A DNA stretch of 64,000 bases, taken from positions 10,726,001 through 10,790,000 of the forward strand of contig CM119376.1 of NCBI GenBank assembly GCA_051294905.1. Direction: 5' to 3'. Every line of letters starts with the position of its first letter. Within the stretch, counting starts at the first letter, position 1. The notes under the pieces were generated by a model that was given only the letters and a program-made list of their open reading frames with translations, had not been told where the DNA came from and ran no database searches. This DNA is from Botryllus schlosseri. Its lineage: Eukaryota. The position numbers and the translations under genes are program-made. Of the stretch, positions 38,979-51,313 are shown in pieces.

Positions 38979-41900
38979 GTGTCTATTGAAGTGATATAAC
39001 CTTGATGTTGTAAAGCGAACGTCAAGTGGTCGTGCGATACGCAAGCCGAAGAGGTTCCAACCGACTTGATTGCTTGATTGTTTTTCTTAAGTTAATTACC
39101 TAGTGCGTGTTACCTAAGGTGTACGTTGGTTTGTGCTTTGAAAACCAGTTCGTTTTTTATCGCTGTGTACGACGGTTACCTTCATTGAACGACGCGCCGA
39201 ATTGATACGTTTCGAAGACTATCGCGGGCTGAGACGGCATCGTATTTAAACTCTCACGGTGTGAGGTGTTGGAGTAATTTCTCGTCTTGACTTTGATTTA
39301 TCCGTATGCAAGTCGCTGATCTTTTTTGGGAATTTTGTTAATAAAATTCTACACTTGATTCCGAGTATTTCGTTTTGGGAGGGGGAGCAGGCACGTATCT
39401 ACATAGGATTCGGCTTTTTATGTTGTTAGACACCAGCACCCGCATTAATGAAGCCGGTTTCCGCGCATTTGAGCATGCAACAACTTACAGCTTAGCTGTA
39501 CAGGTGTCGGGACCCTTCGCAAGCAACATATTTTCATTTCCTTGAGAGATATATTCTTCAAAACTTCAGCCAATCGAATGTGCTTTTTAGAGCAAAACTA
39601 ACAATTGTCTACAACAGTAAAAGTGTGAATCTACTGTTTATTCTTCAGTACCACGCTGTTTACAACTTTGCAGTTTCCACAGAGTTCGTCTTCGTAGGCC
39701 TACAGCGCGCGCGAGGGTTTCCATGTCATATGGTATGCACCAGTGTCACGACATCAATGGAGGTTATTTGAACCGACTTCTATGTGTCGGAGGTTTATCT
39801 GGTCTCCTCATCGCTGATCTCACTGCATGTGCACTGTACAGTGTCGCACAAAAACCCCAGATGAAGCAAGTAAAAGTCGAGCTTGCGAAAAATCGGCTGC
39901 GACAGACGAGGACGCGTGCGAGAGAGAGAGTGAAGGACGTGGTTGAGAGTGTGACTGGAAGTCGTCCGCAAAAATCGTACCACAAGCAAAAAGATCAAGC
40001 AAAGGACAATATTCATGATCGGGCGCAAATGACCTTATCAGCGATAAGCGCCAAAAATTGTTCAATAAAAACAAATATGTATATTGTCCTAGTGACCGTC
40101 ACGGAAGGTTCAATAGGTTTCCCCAAACCGGCAAAATAACTTCAACGACAGAGTATAGTGTTAATTGAACTTTATTTCTAAATGCTCGAGTTCTTCCGCG
40201 GTAACATAACGATTAGCTACAGGCCTACCTGGCTATGCTTGTAATTTGAATTTGTACTTGGCAACATCACTTCCAGGGAAGTTCATTTGTCGCGGATGAT
40301 CAGGAAGATAATGTGGATTCGAAAACTGCATTGTCTCTCCCACCAATCAACACATCGTGCAATACATGGTTTGAAAACGCGTTTTGCAAGTGTACGTACA
40401 TCTGTACAAACTTCGTATCGAACTCGACGGATTCCAATGTAGACCCGTACATAACTTGAAAGTACCGTATTTGTCCTATTATAGAAACAACGATCATATT
40501 GAACTGATAAATGAGCAATTATTATATGCGGGCAAATATTTGACCCAAATTTTAGAAATTTGAAAAGGGGTAATTTCGATCCCCTCAAACTCTCCATGGA
40601 TACGCCACTGTCTCGCGCCTCACAGACGAATAATGACGCGGGCCGTTACGAAAATTTATAAAAAGGTTGCAGCAAAATCTATGAAAAACATGAAAAATTG
40701 GAAATTTGTCAAAGAGCCATATCATTTCATCAAAAAGGCCATAGTTGCACGACCCCTGCCCTATAGACTATAAAGCAGTGCTTCTCAACCGGTGGGTCGC
40801 GAAGCTATTTCAGGTGGGTTGCGAAAACGTTCCAAAATCTAACACACTTTCTTTCTTTCAAAATCTGTCACACTTTCGTATGCCTATTTACTTTCCCAAA
40901 TATTCCAAAGACTTTATATTCTCAAGATTAGAGTAATTTCACATTCTCCTCCTCCCATTTAAATTGTTTTGCGCTCACAAGCCACGTTGCCGTAGGTATT
41001 GCAGTTGAACACAGCATAAAGGCCACAAACAACGGCAATGCAGCCTATGCAAGTAGTTATCACATACCACAATTTAACGTAGCTATGGATGGAAAATTCA
41101 TAACAGCTACATAAGTAAGGTAATATATTTGCTCCGCATTACGTATTGGCCGTCGCTACTATATAATTCCTACAAAACTGTTGTATTCCGAAATCGATAG
41201 CGCGTTTCACTGTGCTGCGATTGTCCAATTGTTAGCGAGTAGTGTATGAGGCAGATTCGTTTGTGCCTCGCCTGGCTATTGTTTCTCTGCGATGGTATTT
41301 TCTGTAACAAAGCCGAATGTCACCTTCCTTGGCAATTTTGGGAGGGTTCTGGTGCTCTGACACTGTTAATGTTTGGATTTTCGGAATCAGTGTGACAATA
41401 GCATTTTAGTGATCTATTTATGATAAATTGCATTGTCGCATGTGAGGCACGACCCGCCCGTGCCTCACCTGTGCCTCACACCTCCTTTCGAGCTGGATTT
41501 TTGAATAATAATTATGCAAATTGATGAAGTTGGGTGAAAAAATGTTCAAATTTAGTTATTTAAGAGCATCGATGTAAAGTATCAATAATCATCGACTCAC
41601 GGAGGATCTTCACTTACTCACCCTGACGACAGGTGAGGCACTGCCTCACCTGCCTCATCGGACCGCACGTTACTGAGTGTATACCCAACACAGTGACCTT
41701 GGGTATATTTAAAAATTATTCACAGGAAATCGTGCAAATGATTTTTTTGCAAGCAATTCAACAAATATTGCTGGCATCTTAACTGATCGCTCTGGTGCGG
41801 TGGTGACCCAAAGGTATACTCTTTGCGACCCATACTTTAAGAACGCCTAAAGGGGCGGGGGGCTATATAATGATGGTGTTTACTAACATATTCGTTCCTA

Positions 41901-42399
41901 GTGCTAATCGAACCATTATTACGAAAGTATGATGATTGTTCAGAGAAAGAAAACATAGAGGTGATTTTACGTCATTCACCCTCGTGTTGCAGGCGTAGAC
42001 GAGCTGATGAACTGTGTGCCTGCCACTATACACCCGCTGCTTACCTCTACACCCTGCCACTCAGTGTTGCCACTCAAGGTTCGTGAAAGAGCAATAGATT
42101 TGCCAAGTAAAGACCACTATATCGACCAAGAGCTTTGAAATTTTGGTCAATTCTATAGCGTAAATCATAAAATATGAGAGGGATGCATTGATTAAAACCA
42201 ATGAATTTACGAGAAGACAACAAATGACAAATTCATCGCGTTTCTGAAATCTTTCTCACATCAAACAATATCGATAATTATTTATTTCCCGACAATAAAT
42301 TTAAATTTTTTCGGCTCTAAACTAAAACATATTCTCTCTAATATAAATATTATCCATTACATTCGATCCATTCAGAGTGAGGGACATAAAAATTGGTGA

Positions 42400-43070
42400 A
42401 GCGTCTCAAACTCACATATCAATGAGTGGTTCTCTAGCTTTTCTACAGTCAAAGGATCAAAAAAAGCTACACAGGGAAATTTTATTAAATTAAAAATCTA
42501 TAAGCCAAATCACTATAGGCAAGCAAGTATGTCGTAAAAGTTTGCAAACAACAAACATTGTATTGTTGGTATATTATGTAGAAGAGAATTGTTCACTCCG
42601 GTACATGACCCAAATATGTGGCCCTTTAAGCTTGTTTTGAAACATTACAAGAAGCAGGATGCCTGCTTTTCCAAAGCAAAAAGGGCTTAACATGATAACT
42701 TGAAATAATTTATCATCAATAATCTACGGCTGTATTTATCATGCTAAATCTTTTTCTCCAGTTTTCATATTCTGTTACGCATTATATCGGAATCGAGGAA
42801 AGCTGTTTCCGAACGCTTTATTTCTTTTGGTTTATTGCCATGGTATAAAAGGCTTCTTTTGTATTGTACTTTATAGACAACCAGATGAATGGAGACTGCT
42901 TACTTATAATAGATCAACACGATACCTGAAGTGCGTGTTACTTCACAATCGAAATAAATATGCATCGGTTTTAGGACAGTCGATCCGTCTCGACTGGGAG
43001 CATTTTGTGGTCTACACCAAATACCATGTGTTCCAAGCTGGAAGGGAGCCAGAGATGAGCATTGGTTAAT
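42400..43070 (+). pseudogene. Decayed Chapaev3 (CMC superfamily) transposase fragment
   Basis: LYRNR...LVYCHGIKG...YRQPDEWRLLTYNRSTRYLKCVLLHNRNKYAS resembles the recalled Chapaev3 motif YRNR...VYC...EWRLFIDSSKRSLKCVLLHNGNKYAS; stops and frameshifts upstream; boundaries approximate. Confidence 0.65.
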
Positions 43071-43257
43071 TTCTAGTGATGTTTCTATATGGTTTCGAGC
43101 TTTTCCCTAGTGTTTTGCAGGATTAAATACCAGTTCTAAATACAAACAGCTTGACATTTTGGTGGTTTCTGATTTGCCGCAATATTTTACTATGCACTAG
43201 AGTTGGTCGAAGGAATCGGCGTTGCTACTCAAGTATCACAACTAACGCCTTACACTT

Positions 43258-43508
43258 CCAACCACACCAATGGGTGCGGGTTCAAGTCCGACCGAGGTCG
43301 ACTTCCGAATTCCGATACCTAAGTGTTGGAGGTTTACCTAGGCTCCTCCTCGCCACCTCATCCGCGTCAGCGGTGTCTTACAAAAAGCCTAGAGGTGGGC
43401 CGTGCTATAAGTCGGCAGTTACGGAAAATAAGAAGAATATCGGCCTGGTGTAAATGACCATAGTAGTCGACAAACACCATGAATACCCCAAAAACAAACA
43501 AACAAACA
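43258..43508 (+). mobile_element. tRNA-derived SINE, 5'-truncated
   Basis: CACCAATGGGTGCGGGTTCAAGTCC... through the (AAAC)n tail. Confidence 0.85.
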
Positions 43509-44374
43509 CTTCCAACCAATTACACGTAGAAGTAATAATTTCCAAGACATCTGAAAACTATTTCAAGTGGAATACGAAATGAAAGGTCTGAGGAAGTCAG
43601 TAAATATCTAAGTATTTTTGGTCGGTGGGAGGGTGGTCGCATACATTCAGCAGTTAGTCGGAGGTGGCTATACATACGAAATCGCAAGATGCATCGTTAT
43701 AGCTAACACAAAATGACTATGATGACACCACCCATGGGTAGAATCTATGAAAAATATATTCAGTTACCGTGATTCAGAGGCTATTTCAAGCGTTTTCTAT
43801 GACAATTTAACTCATGATAGCGGTGGAATATTATTCTGAACTACTTTCTACTTAACAAAAATGTAATTGCAAATGTAATTAGTTCATCCAGAATACTGTT
43901 CAGGTAGATGTTGAAGTAGTTGCAAAACATTACCACTTCAGTAAGTACTGCAAGTAGCCCAAATCTACTTGATTACCTCGAAAAAGAAGACATATTCAAG
44001 ATATATAATATCTCAACAACGTGACGGTGATAGCTAGAGCAAAAACAACGTCAGATTCGTATTCAGCGCCCCCAAATTAGATATAATTGACCCAAATAAG
44101 TCCTGGCGCAAAAATCGTATAGACCATAGTGACGTAATCATTATTGTTATGTAAAGCTTATCATAATAACATATTCATAAATATCGATTTTTCATGATCG
44201 AACACTAGATTTGCAGAATTTTGATAAAAATAGACTAGAACACTAGTTCAAGTCAAAATACACCAAATCTAGTGTAAAAACCCTAGTAGTGGCACCACTG
44301 CTACCGACTACAACCACTACACTTTGCCTCCCACTACACCCGCTTGCGAATCAGATTTTTATTACGTATTAAAT

Positions 44375-46322
44375 ACAGAGGTGGTCAAAGTAGTCAAGAA
44401 AGCTACGCAAGTAGAAGTAGAAGTAGCGACGCAAAAATATTCTCAAGTACGAGTAGAAGTATAGTCCTTTTAAAAGCAGCCTAAAACTAATTGAAGTATA
44501 AGTTGCATTGACTAACTTTAAATCTACTCAAGTAAGTAAGTAGTTCGTAATTCGTTCGCACATGGACTGTCAAAAGCTGCAAATTGAGCTATGCGAAAGG
44601 TGCAGAGCTTGATTCATATTGATGCATCCCAGGAGGTAGAAATTTTTGACAGCGTGAGCGTTTGTCCGCATCATGGGATGAAAATAATAGCATTGATATG
44701 GGAATGCGACACTAATCCTCTGTTTACTTGAACAACCCGATTTAAAAAATATGATATGGCGCCCTCCTTCATTTTATAAGGCCAGTAGTTTGGTCGAAGA
44801 GCAACACGGAGAAACGGTGTTGAATACGGTTGTGTTAACACTTTGCGCGATTAGTAAACGTTAATAAAAATATATAGCTGATCGTAAAAATGACATAGGA
44901 GAGATGTGATACCGATGAGACACTGGGACCGAAAATACTTGAAAAATTCTATGCGATAATTCCATGATTACAGTACGCGACTTCGTCTACAACGGCATGC
45001 TGGCATAATCTTTCCTCGCATGCAAAAAACTTCGACCTACACTTGCTTTCATACTTCAACATGTATGTTCTCCAGACAAAAGAACTGAACCTATTAGAAC
45101 TCAAAGTGTGATACTGTTAATTGAATTATAAATATGAATACAAATTCTAAAAAGCGAAAATATATTTCCTGTCTTTTGTTCAGAAAGTTAAAACAGCTAG
45201 TGTTGGTCTGCTAAAAATGTCCGAGTCCACTTTTCCAGATTAGGACGCGCCATGGGCTGCTAGACTACGATATGGCAGACAAGTGCTAGATTGCGAAATG
45301 GTAGGTAAAACGCCATGATGGGCCATATTTACTGTGATGAAATATTTCACATGGGTGACATTGGTACCACATCTCCCCTATAGTGTAGCTTTATTTCCGG
45401 AAAATAGAGGCAATACTACACTTGCTTTCATACTTCAACATGTATGTTCTCCAGACAAAAGAACTGAACCGATTAGAACTCAAAGTGTGATACAGGTAAT
45501 TGAAATATAAATATAAATACAGCTTCTAAAAAGCGAAAATATATTTCCTGTCTTTTGTTCAGAAAGTTAAAACAGCTAGTGCTGGCGGTCTGCTAAAAAT
45601 GTCCGAGTCCACTTTTCCAGATTAGGACGCGCCATGGGCTGCTAGATTACGATATGGCAGACAAGTGCTAGAGATTGCGAAATGGTAGGTAAAACGCCAT
45701 GATGGGCAATATTTACTGTGATGAAATATTTTACATGGGTGACAATCCGATGTGAACGGAACCACGCAACCCGCTACCTAAATTATATTCACCGATACGT
45801 TCGTGAAATCACATTGTTATACTGTGCACGAAGCGCGACGAAAATTCTGGGCTTTACTCAACTTTAGGGAAAATTAAGTGTTGACACTCTGTGAAAACAT
45901 CCGAAATTCCTCAGGCTATCTTTCTGATTGGCGGATTAAACTACTTCTACTTGACAAACTGAAAACAGCGAAAAGTAAGTAAGTAGATCATGAAATATTA
46001 CGAATTAGAAGTTGAGTAAGTATTATTATTATTATTATTATGTATAAAAACATTTAGTGGTGCTTTTCGCATCGAAGGCTTTTTGCACCACGGCGATTTT
46101 AGATATTTTGATCAAAATGATAGCATGAAATGTCATGAAAATACAAGATGAGTACATATAGCTAAATGCGACGCTTTGACTCTCGTATGAAGTCCAGTAG
46201 ATCGGCAATAATGTTGCTGTTCGTTAAAAGGTTAGATAGCTGGAACGGTAGCCTACCTAAATAGTGGAAAACTACTTCAGAACTTCAAAAAAGTAGAAGT
46301 ACTTCGTTACTGACCACCTCTG
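44375..46322. mobile_element. AGTA/CTACTT-rich MITE family ends (CAGAGGTGGTCA ... TGACCACCTCTG); related pieces at 25250-25390, 43850-43990, 46455-46580, 61830-62045
   Basis: 12-bp inverted termini and repeated AAGTAGAAGT/CTACTTGAGT motifs; no TSD, so the two ends may belong to different copies. Confidence 0.5.
45037..45744. repeat. Tandem duplication, period 379 bp (45037-45360 and 45416-45744)
   Basis: Near-identical ~325-bp copies visible directly. Confidence 0.95.
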
Positions 46323-46582
46323 AGCATATGTACAGATTTATAAGGTATGCAAATTTAGATTTTGTGTAAGAACGTTGCCTTCTTTTAGCATATAATGGTA
46401 AGCATTGCATTGTAAGCATTTATTTCCGAATATATGTATATATGATATATATCACTGGTCAAAGTAAAAGTATTCTGCGTTGATACTCAAGTGGAAGTAG
46501 TAGTAGCATCTACTCCAGTACAAGTGGAAAAAGTGATTTACGAGGCATTTCCAAACTACTTCAAGTGGAATATGTAGTAGGT

Positions 46583-47938
46583 CAGGGGCGGGCAACTTCT
46601 CCAGTCGGCGGGCCGGATGTAGGAAAATTAAGTACTTGGCGGGCCGGATAGCTGAATCGATACATTATTGGCCCATTTATCCACATATACAAGGAATAAA
46701 TCGCATGTAATGAATGTATTGCAACGAGAGCAATGTCATTTCAAAGCCATTTCTCGCCGATAATGACGAAGTCAATGTGAATTTGAGAACACCATTGTCA
46801 CACAGGCGCCGCCATGTCTGCTTCTCTCTGATCAATCAACACACGCAACAGTCCTTAATTAAGATTTCAAGGCGTTCGACGAGCCCCGTATCCCAAATTT
46901 ACCAAGATATCAATTCATTAGGGTTGAGTACATCGCAAATGCTGATAATGCAAGTCTTCTCGCTTCTACGAACTTGAGCGTAAGCTTCACTCTCGCACGC
47001 ATTCTCGGTATTGTCCATGTCCATGTCCATCCTCGGTAATGGTTTTCTCGGTATTGGTATAGAACCCCCTCGGCCCTAGTCTGCCGAGATTTCCCACTAC
47101 TTGCTTACTACGTCAAATATTAGTGACTGTATGTTATTATTTGCGTGTGTGCAGTGGTGGCTTTTTGGGTGGGCGAGGTGGGCGGCCGCCCGGGTCCCCC
47201 TTGGTCGAAGGGTCCCCCTATTTATATTATGCGCTTTTTTCAAGGATAATAACGAATAAACATGGAAATCCGTGTACCAAGCAAGAATATGATTCCGTAC
47301 AGATGTGTCAATAATCATCATCAAATCTCTGCATTTGTTAGAAAAGTCCCGTATCCCGATAATCATCACGTCTCTGCATGCGGTACAATTACTTAGTTTT
47401 GATGTAGTCACCACCTGGCCAAACCTTGCCGTGGTGAAAGATAGATAATAATAATAGACGCGAAGTTAAGGTTGGATACTTATAGCCCCCCCCCCCCCTC
47501 CCTCCGGTAAGTCTCGCCCAGCCCCCCTCGTTCGTAGAGCTACTACTGCGTGTGTGCGCAGCGTGCGAGAGTGGAGCTTAGGCGTAAGTAAGTAGAAGCG
47601 AGAGGACTTGCATTATCGGCATTTACGGTTCTATACCAATACCGAGAGAACCAGTACCATAAGAATGGACATTACCGAAAACGGCCAATGCCAAGAATCT
47701 AACTTACTGAGAAGGCGTTGTCGAGAAATTTATATCTGACACCGAATGTGGCAAATCCATCATGTACTTGTACATGCACACGACCTGTATATATGCATAA
47801 CATGCCTGCATTGCATTCTCGGTAATGTCCATTCTCGGTATTGACCGGACACCGGGCGGCAGGCCACATTATCTACTAAGACGGGAAACTGTCCGCGGGG
47901 CCGGATCCTGCCCGCGGGCCGTATGTTGCCCGCCCCTT
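46583..47938. mobile_element. Non-autonomous hAT element with nested fragments
   Basis: TIRs CAGGGGCGGGCAAC / GTTGCCCGCCCCTT; perfect TSD TAGTAGGT (46575-46582, 47939-47946). Confidence 0.9.
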
Positions 47939-48914
47939 TAGTAGGTAATATAAGATAATCGTCAGATTAGATTTATATCTGAACAAGACACACATAATGT
48001 AAATGAAGTTCTGACGAACATTCTATGTGATATGCATGTCAGCATGTGCATACGTACGTAAGTATGCGGCTACGTCAATATTTTGCTGGTAATCTACGTG
48101 GTACGCTACGTTGTAAAATTGCTATGCGTCTAACATCGTGCCCAAACGCTTTCCTACGTTCAAAGTTTTTTTTTTTCCTAATAGAGCAAACGACCATGAC
48201 TGCAGGCAATATTCTCCAAGGCTTCATTAGCATATTACGCAGAATACAAAAATACGGAGACATGGACCATAAATATCCTCATCGAAATATCAGCGACCCT
48301 GGGGTGAAATATGGTTTACTAATGAATAATGATTGTTGAAAAATGAACACTGATACCATAGCAATTTACAACGTAGCGTACCACGTACCATGCCAGCTAC
48401 GTTGTAAATTGCTATGCTGGTACACTATTAATTTTATACGCCGATTGTGTCAGCCTCAAAAATTTCGTAATCTGGCAACCGCTTTCTCTCTGATTTACAA
48501 AGAAGTAAACGCTCAGCAAAACTGAGTTCATGAATAGGATAGATTTCCTACAACAGAACAGGCTACACCAGATATTGCTGATGGACGATGGCGCAATGAG
48601 TGTAGCGAATAGAACTGCTGAATATGTTATGATCACGTCAAAGCAAGTGCTGCATATATAGTACAGTAGTAATTTGCATGATCCACCTACCCTTTAAGAA
48701 TTGACGCTGACTGCGAGACGTATCATGTATCAATAACGTTTCGTATCAAACTACACCCCTATGGGATCTCCGCTCATTTTTTAAAAATAAATCCTGCGTG
48801 ATGAGAGCTTTTCTGCATAAAATAATTGGGTAATTAAACAGAGAGTTCTGCGTGACGTTGCCACCAATTCCACTCTGGACTCTATACAGTATACACAAAC
48901 ACAGCTATATGAGC

Positions 48915-49689
48915 GATTACCAGAGAACCCGTCCCTTGGAGAACCCGTCCCTACCAACTCGGCCCTCGGAGAACCCGGCCCTCGGGAAATTTTGCATATC
49001 AAGCACGCGTGGTCTACTTGTTGTGGTATTCACGGTGTTTTTCGACTACTCTGGACCTCGGAGAATGCGGCCCGCGAACAATTTTGTATTAAAAATTAAA
49101 TGTGAAGCCGGCCCTCGGGAAATATTGTATTCACCGGCAACCCTAATATCCCACCTCCACCAACCCTAATATCCCACCCCCGGCAACCCTAACCCTAATA
49201 TCCTCCCCCATCCCTAATATCCCCCTCCCCCAACCCTAATATCCCACCTCCGGCAACCCTAATATCCCACCTCCGGCAACCCTAATATCCCACCCCCGGC
49301 AACCCTAATACCCTAACCCTAATATCCTCCCCCAACCCTAATATCCCCCTCCCCCAACCCTAATATCCCACCTCCGGCAACCCTAATATCCCACCTCCAC
49401 CAACCCTAATATCCCACCCCCGGCAACCCTAATATCCCACCCCCGGCAACCCTAATATCCCACCCCCGGCAACCCTAATATCCCACGCATGCCCTGACCT
49501 CCTTACAAGACCGACAAATCAGTTGATAATAACATTATTACTTTATTAATTCATATTAATACTTGTGAATACACTTAATTTCTAAATTTCCCGAGGAATT
49601 CACCGAGGGCCGGGTTCTCCAAGGGCCGGGTTCTCCGAGGGCTGAGTTGTTAGGGACGGGTTCTCCAAGGGACGGGTTCTCCGGCAACC
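48915..49689. mobile_element. MITE with 8-bp TSD (Merlin- or hAT-like) carrying a telomere-like minisatellite
   Basis: Imperfect TIRs G(A/G)TT(A/G)CC(A/G)GAGAACCCGTCCC with subterminal GAGAACCC repeats; perfect TSD ATATGAGC (48907-48914, 49690-49697). Confidence 0.85.
49136..49487. repeat. 23-bp minisatellite (CAACCCTAATATCCCACCCCCGG)n, about 15 units
   Basis: Directly visible; contains the CCCTAA telomeric hexamer; G-rich on the - strand. Confidence 0.95.
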
Positions 49690-50045
49690 ATATGAGCTGA
49701 TACTGACGCTATAGTAGCTGCGAACAAAAATGGTGTGGAAATTTTCATGTTGTTGAGTAAATTTTGTCGAAAGTATTCGCGTGCAAAATCAGCATATGCA
49801 TTTTTGTTGGTTTTAATATTTTTACCTTGGTCTTAACCCACTTAATCTTAGCTCAAACGTGTCTGTCTAAGTTCAGTTCATTTGGAAAACCATTTCGCAG
49901 TCACAAAGTCAGTTACAGACTTGGTTTGAGTTGGTGTATCTCGGCTAGAGTCGGGTATGTTTTGTAGTTTTAAGTTTGCCATAACCTTGTAGACTGGGAT
50001 TGAATTGAATACTTTCCGTTATTTATATATTATATATAACATACC

Positions 50046-50410
50046 TAGGGACTTGGGTTACCATACGTCCTCCTCCAGGAGGATTTGTCCTCCATGTTCA
50101 GATTTTGAAAATATGCTCCTTTTTGGGAATTAATCCTTCTTTGCCAAGATAGTGGGTAGATTCGAGTGAAAATGGGCATAAAGGTATAAATGACGCCAAA
50201 CAGGAAAAATTTGTGGTTCAAACGAAAGTGACGACCATTTTTTTCAGTCAACCAACGTAAAGTGTGAAACAAAAACTGTATTTTTTGGAGTCGAACCTTT
50301 GTTTATTTTTAGTCAATTTACCTTTTCTTCAGGATTTCACTCCAGTATTTTAAGTTCGAAAATTTTGAAGAAGTGTTCTCCTTCCTCGATGCCAAAATAT
50401 GGTAACCCTA
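50046..50410. mobile_element. hAT (Blackjack-like) MITE
   Basis: TIR TAGGG[ACTTGGG]TTACCATA / TATGGTAACCCTA; perfect TSD AACATACC (50038-50045, 50411-50418). Confidence 0.85.
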
Positions 50411-51313
50411 AACATACCGCCATTCCTGACATTAATTTTACAGTCATGGTATACCAGTATAGCCATGGCAAAGTCATTGCTGCCAATCAAATAGAAATAT
50501 AGAAGTTTGAGTCACAAAGAAACTTGCTACTCAAGTTTAATAGTATTTATATCCTGTCCTAAAATATATTGTATAACTACGCGGTCATATAAACAGGTGA
50601 CGCTAAAATGGAATTTGTCTGCATCAGTGGTCACGGTTATTGCTATATGTATGTTTAGTTACTATACTTGCATGTGTGTGTCAATTGCTGTCCATTTGGA
50701 AAACGGATGCTAGAGAAAATTGTATGTAGGCCTACTGGTACGGTAGGCTATATGCTGTTTTGTATCACACGAATTAGTATCATTACCCAATTGACTGCAT
50801 GGAGATGGTTTGGATTACCTGGCATCTTTCTTAGGATTTCGGTAGCGTAAGCAAATTGAATATAGTGTGATTGAACATGACTGAGGGATAAAACCAAGTT
50901 GAGTTACTTTGATGATGTTGGAGCGTTGAATTTTCAATTCTATCCTACGCATTTGGTGGATTATATAAATAGTCTAGTTCTCTATATGTTACCCTTACTT
51001 CTTTGCTGTTTCAAGTATCATGCTGTCGAATGGCACTCGACTGATTCCCACCATGTGACAGCGCTATAGATAATGCCCTGTATTGAATCTGTGTCCTGTG
51101 CTCACACTGTTCAATTTTTTGAATATTTTTTATTAAATTACTTCAACTTGGAGAATCATCGCTGCTCACCTGTTATTTTAGGCAAAACGTACCGAGATTT
51201 TAGTAGCCAGGGTTGATGCCTAATTTTCATTTGTTTGCGTTTGTAGGTCAAAGATGTTTTGTAGCTACTAATTTCACGTTATAGACCTGCAATGTCTGAG
51301 AAAGGATAAGAAC

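Noticed and set aside
39003-39069. DVVKRTSSGRAIRKPKRF*, resembling the C-terminus of a Gypsy integrase ORF
   Set aside because: Too short, with an in-frame stop just upstream; no LTR pair or PBS identified
39723-40139. 138-aa ORF and a CMCTVQCRTK motif in another frame (Ginger/integrase-like C-terminal Cys cluster)
   Set aside because: Interrupted by stops and lacking the rest of the Cys pattern; cannot be assigned without a database search
48412-48636. Possible hAT dimerization-domain relic on the - strand (S..AERL...KRL)
   Set aside because: Needs several frameshifts; too degenerate to call
49136-49487. CRISPR-like array or true telomere
   Set aside because: No unique spacers, eukaryotic context, and it is internal to a TSD-flanked transposon
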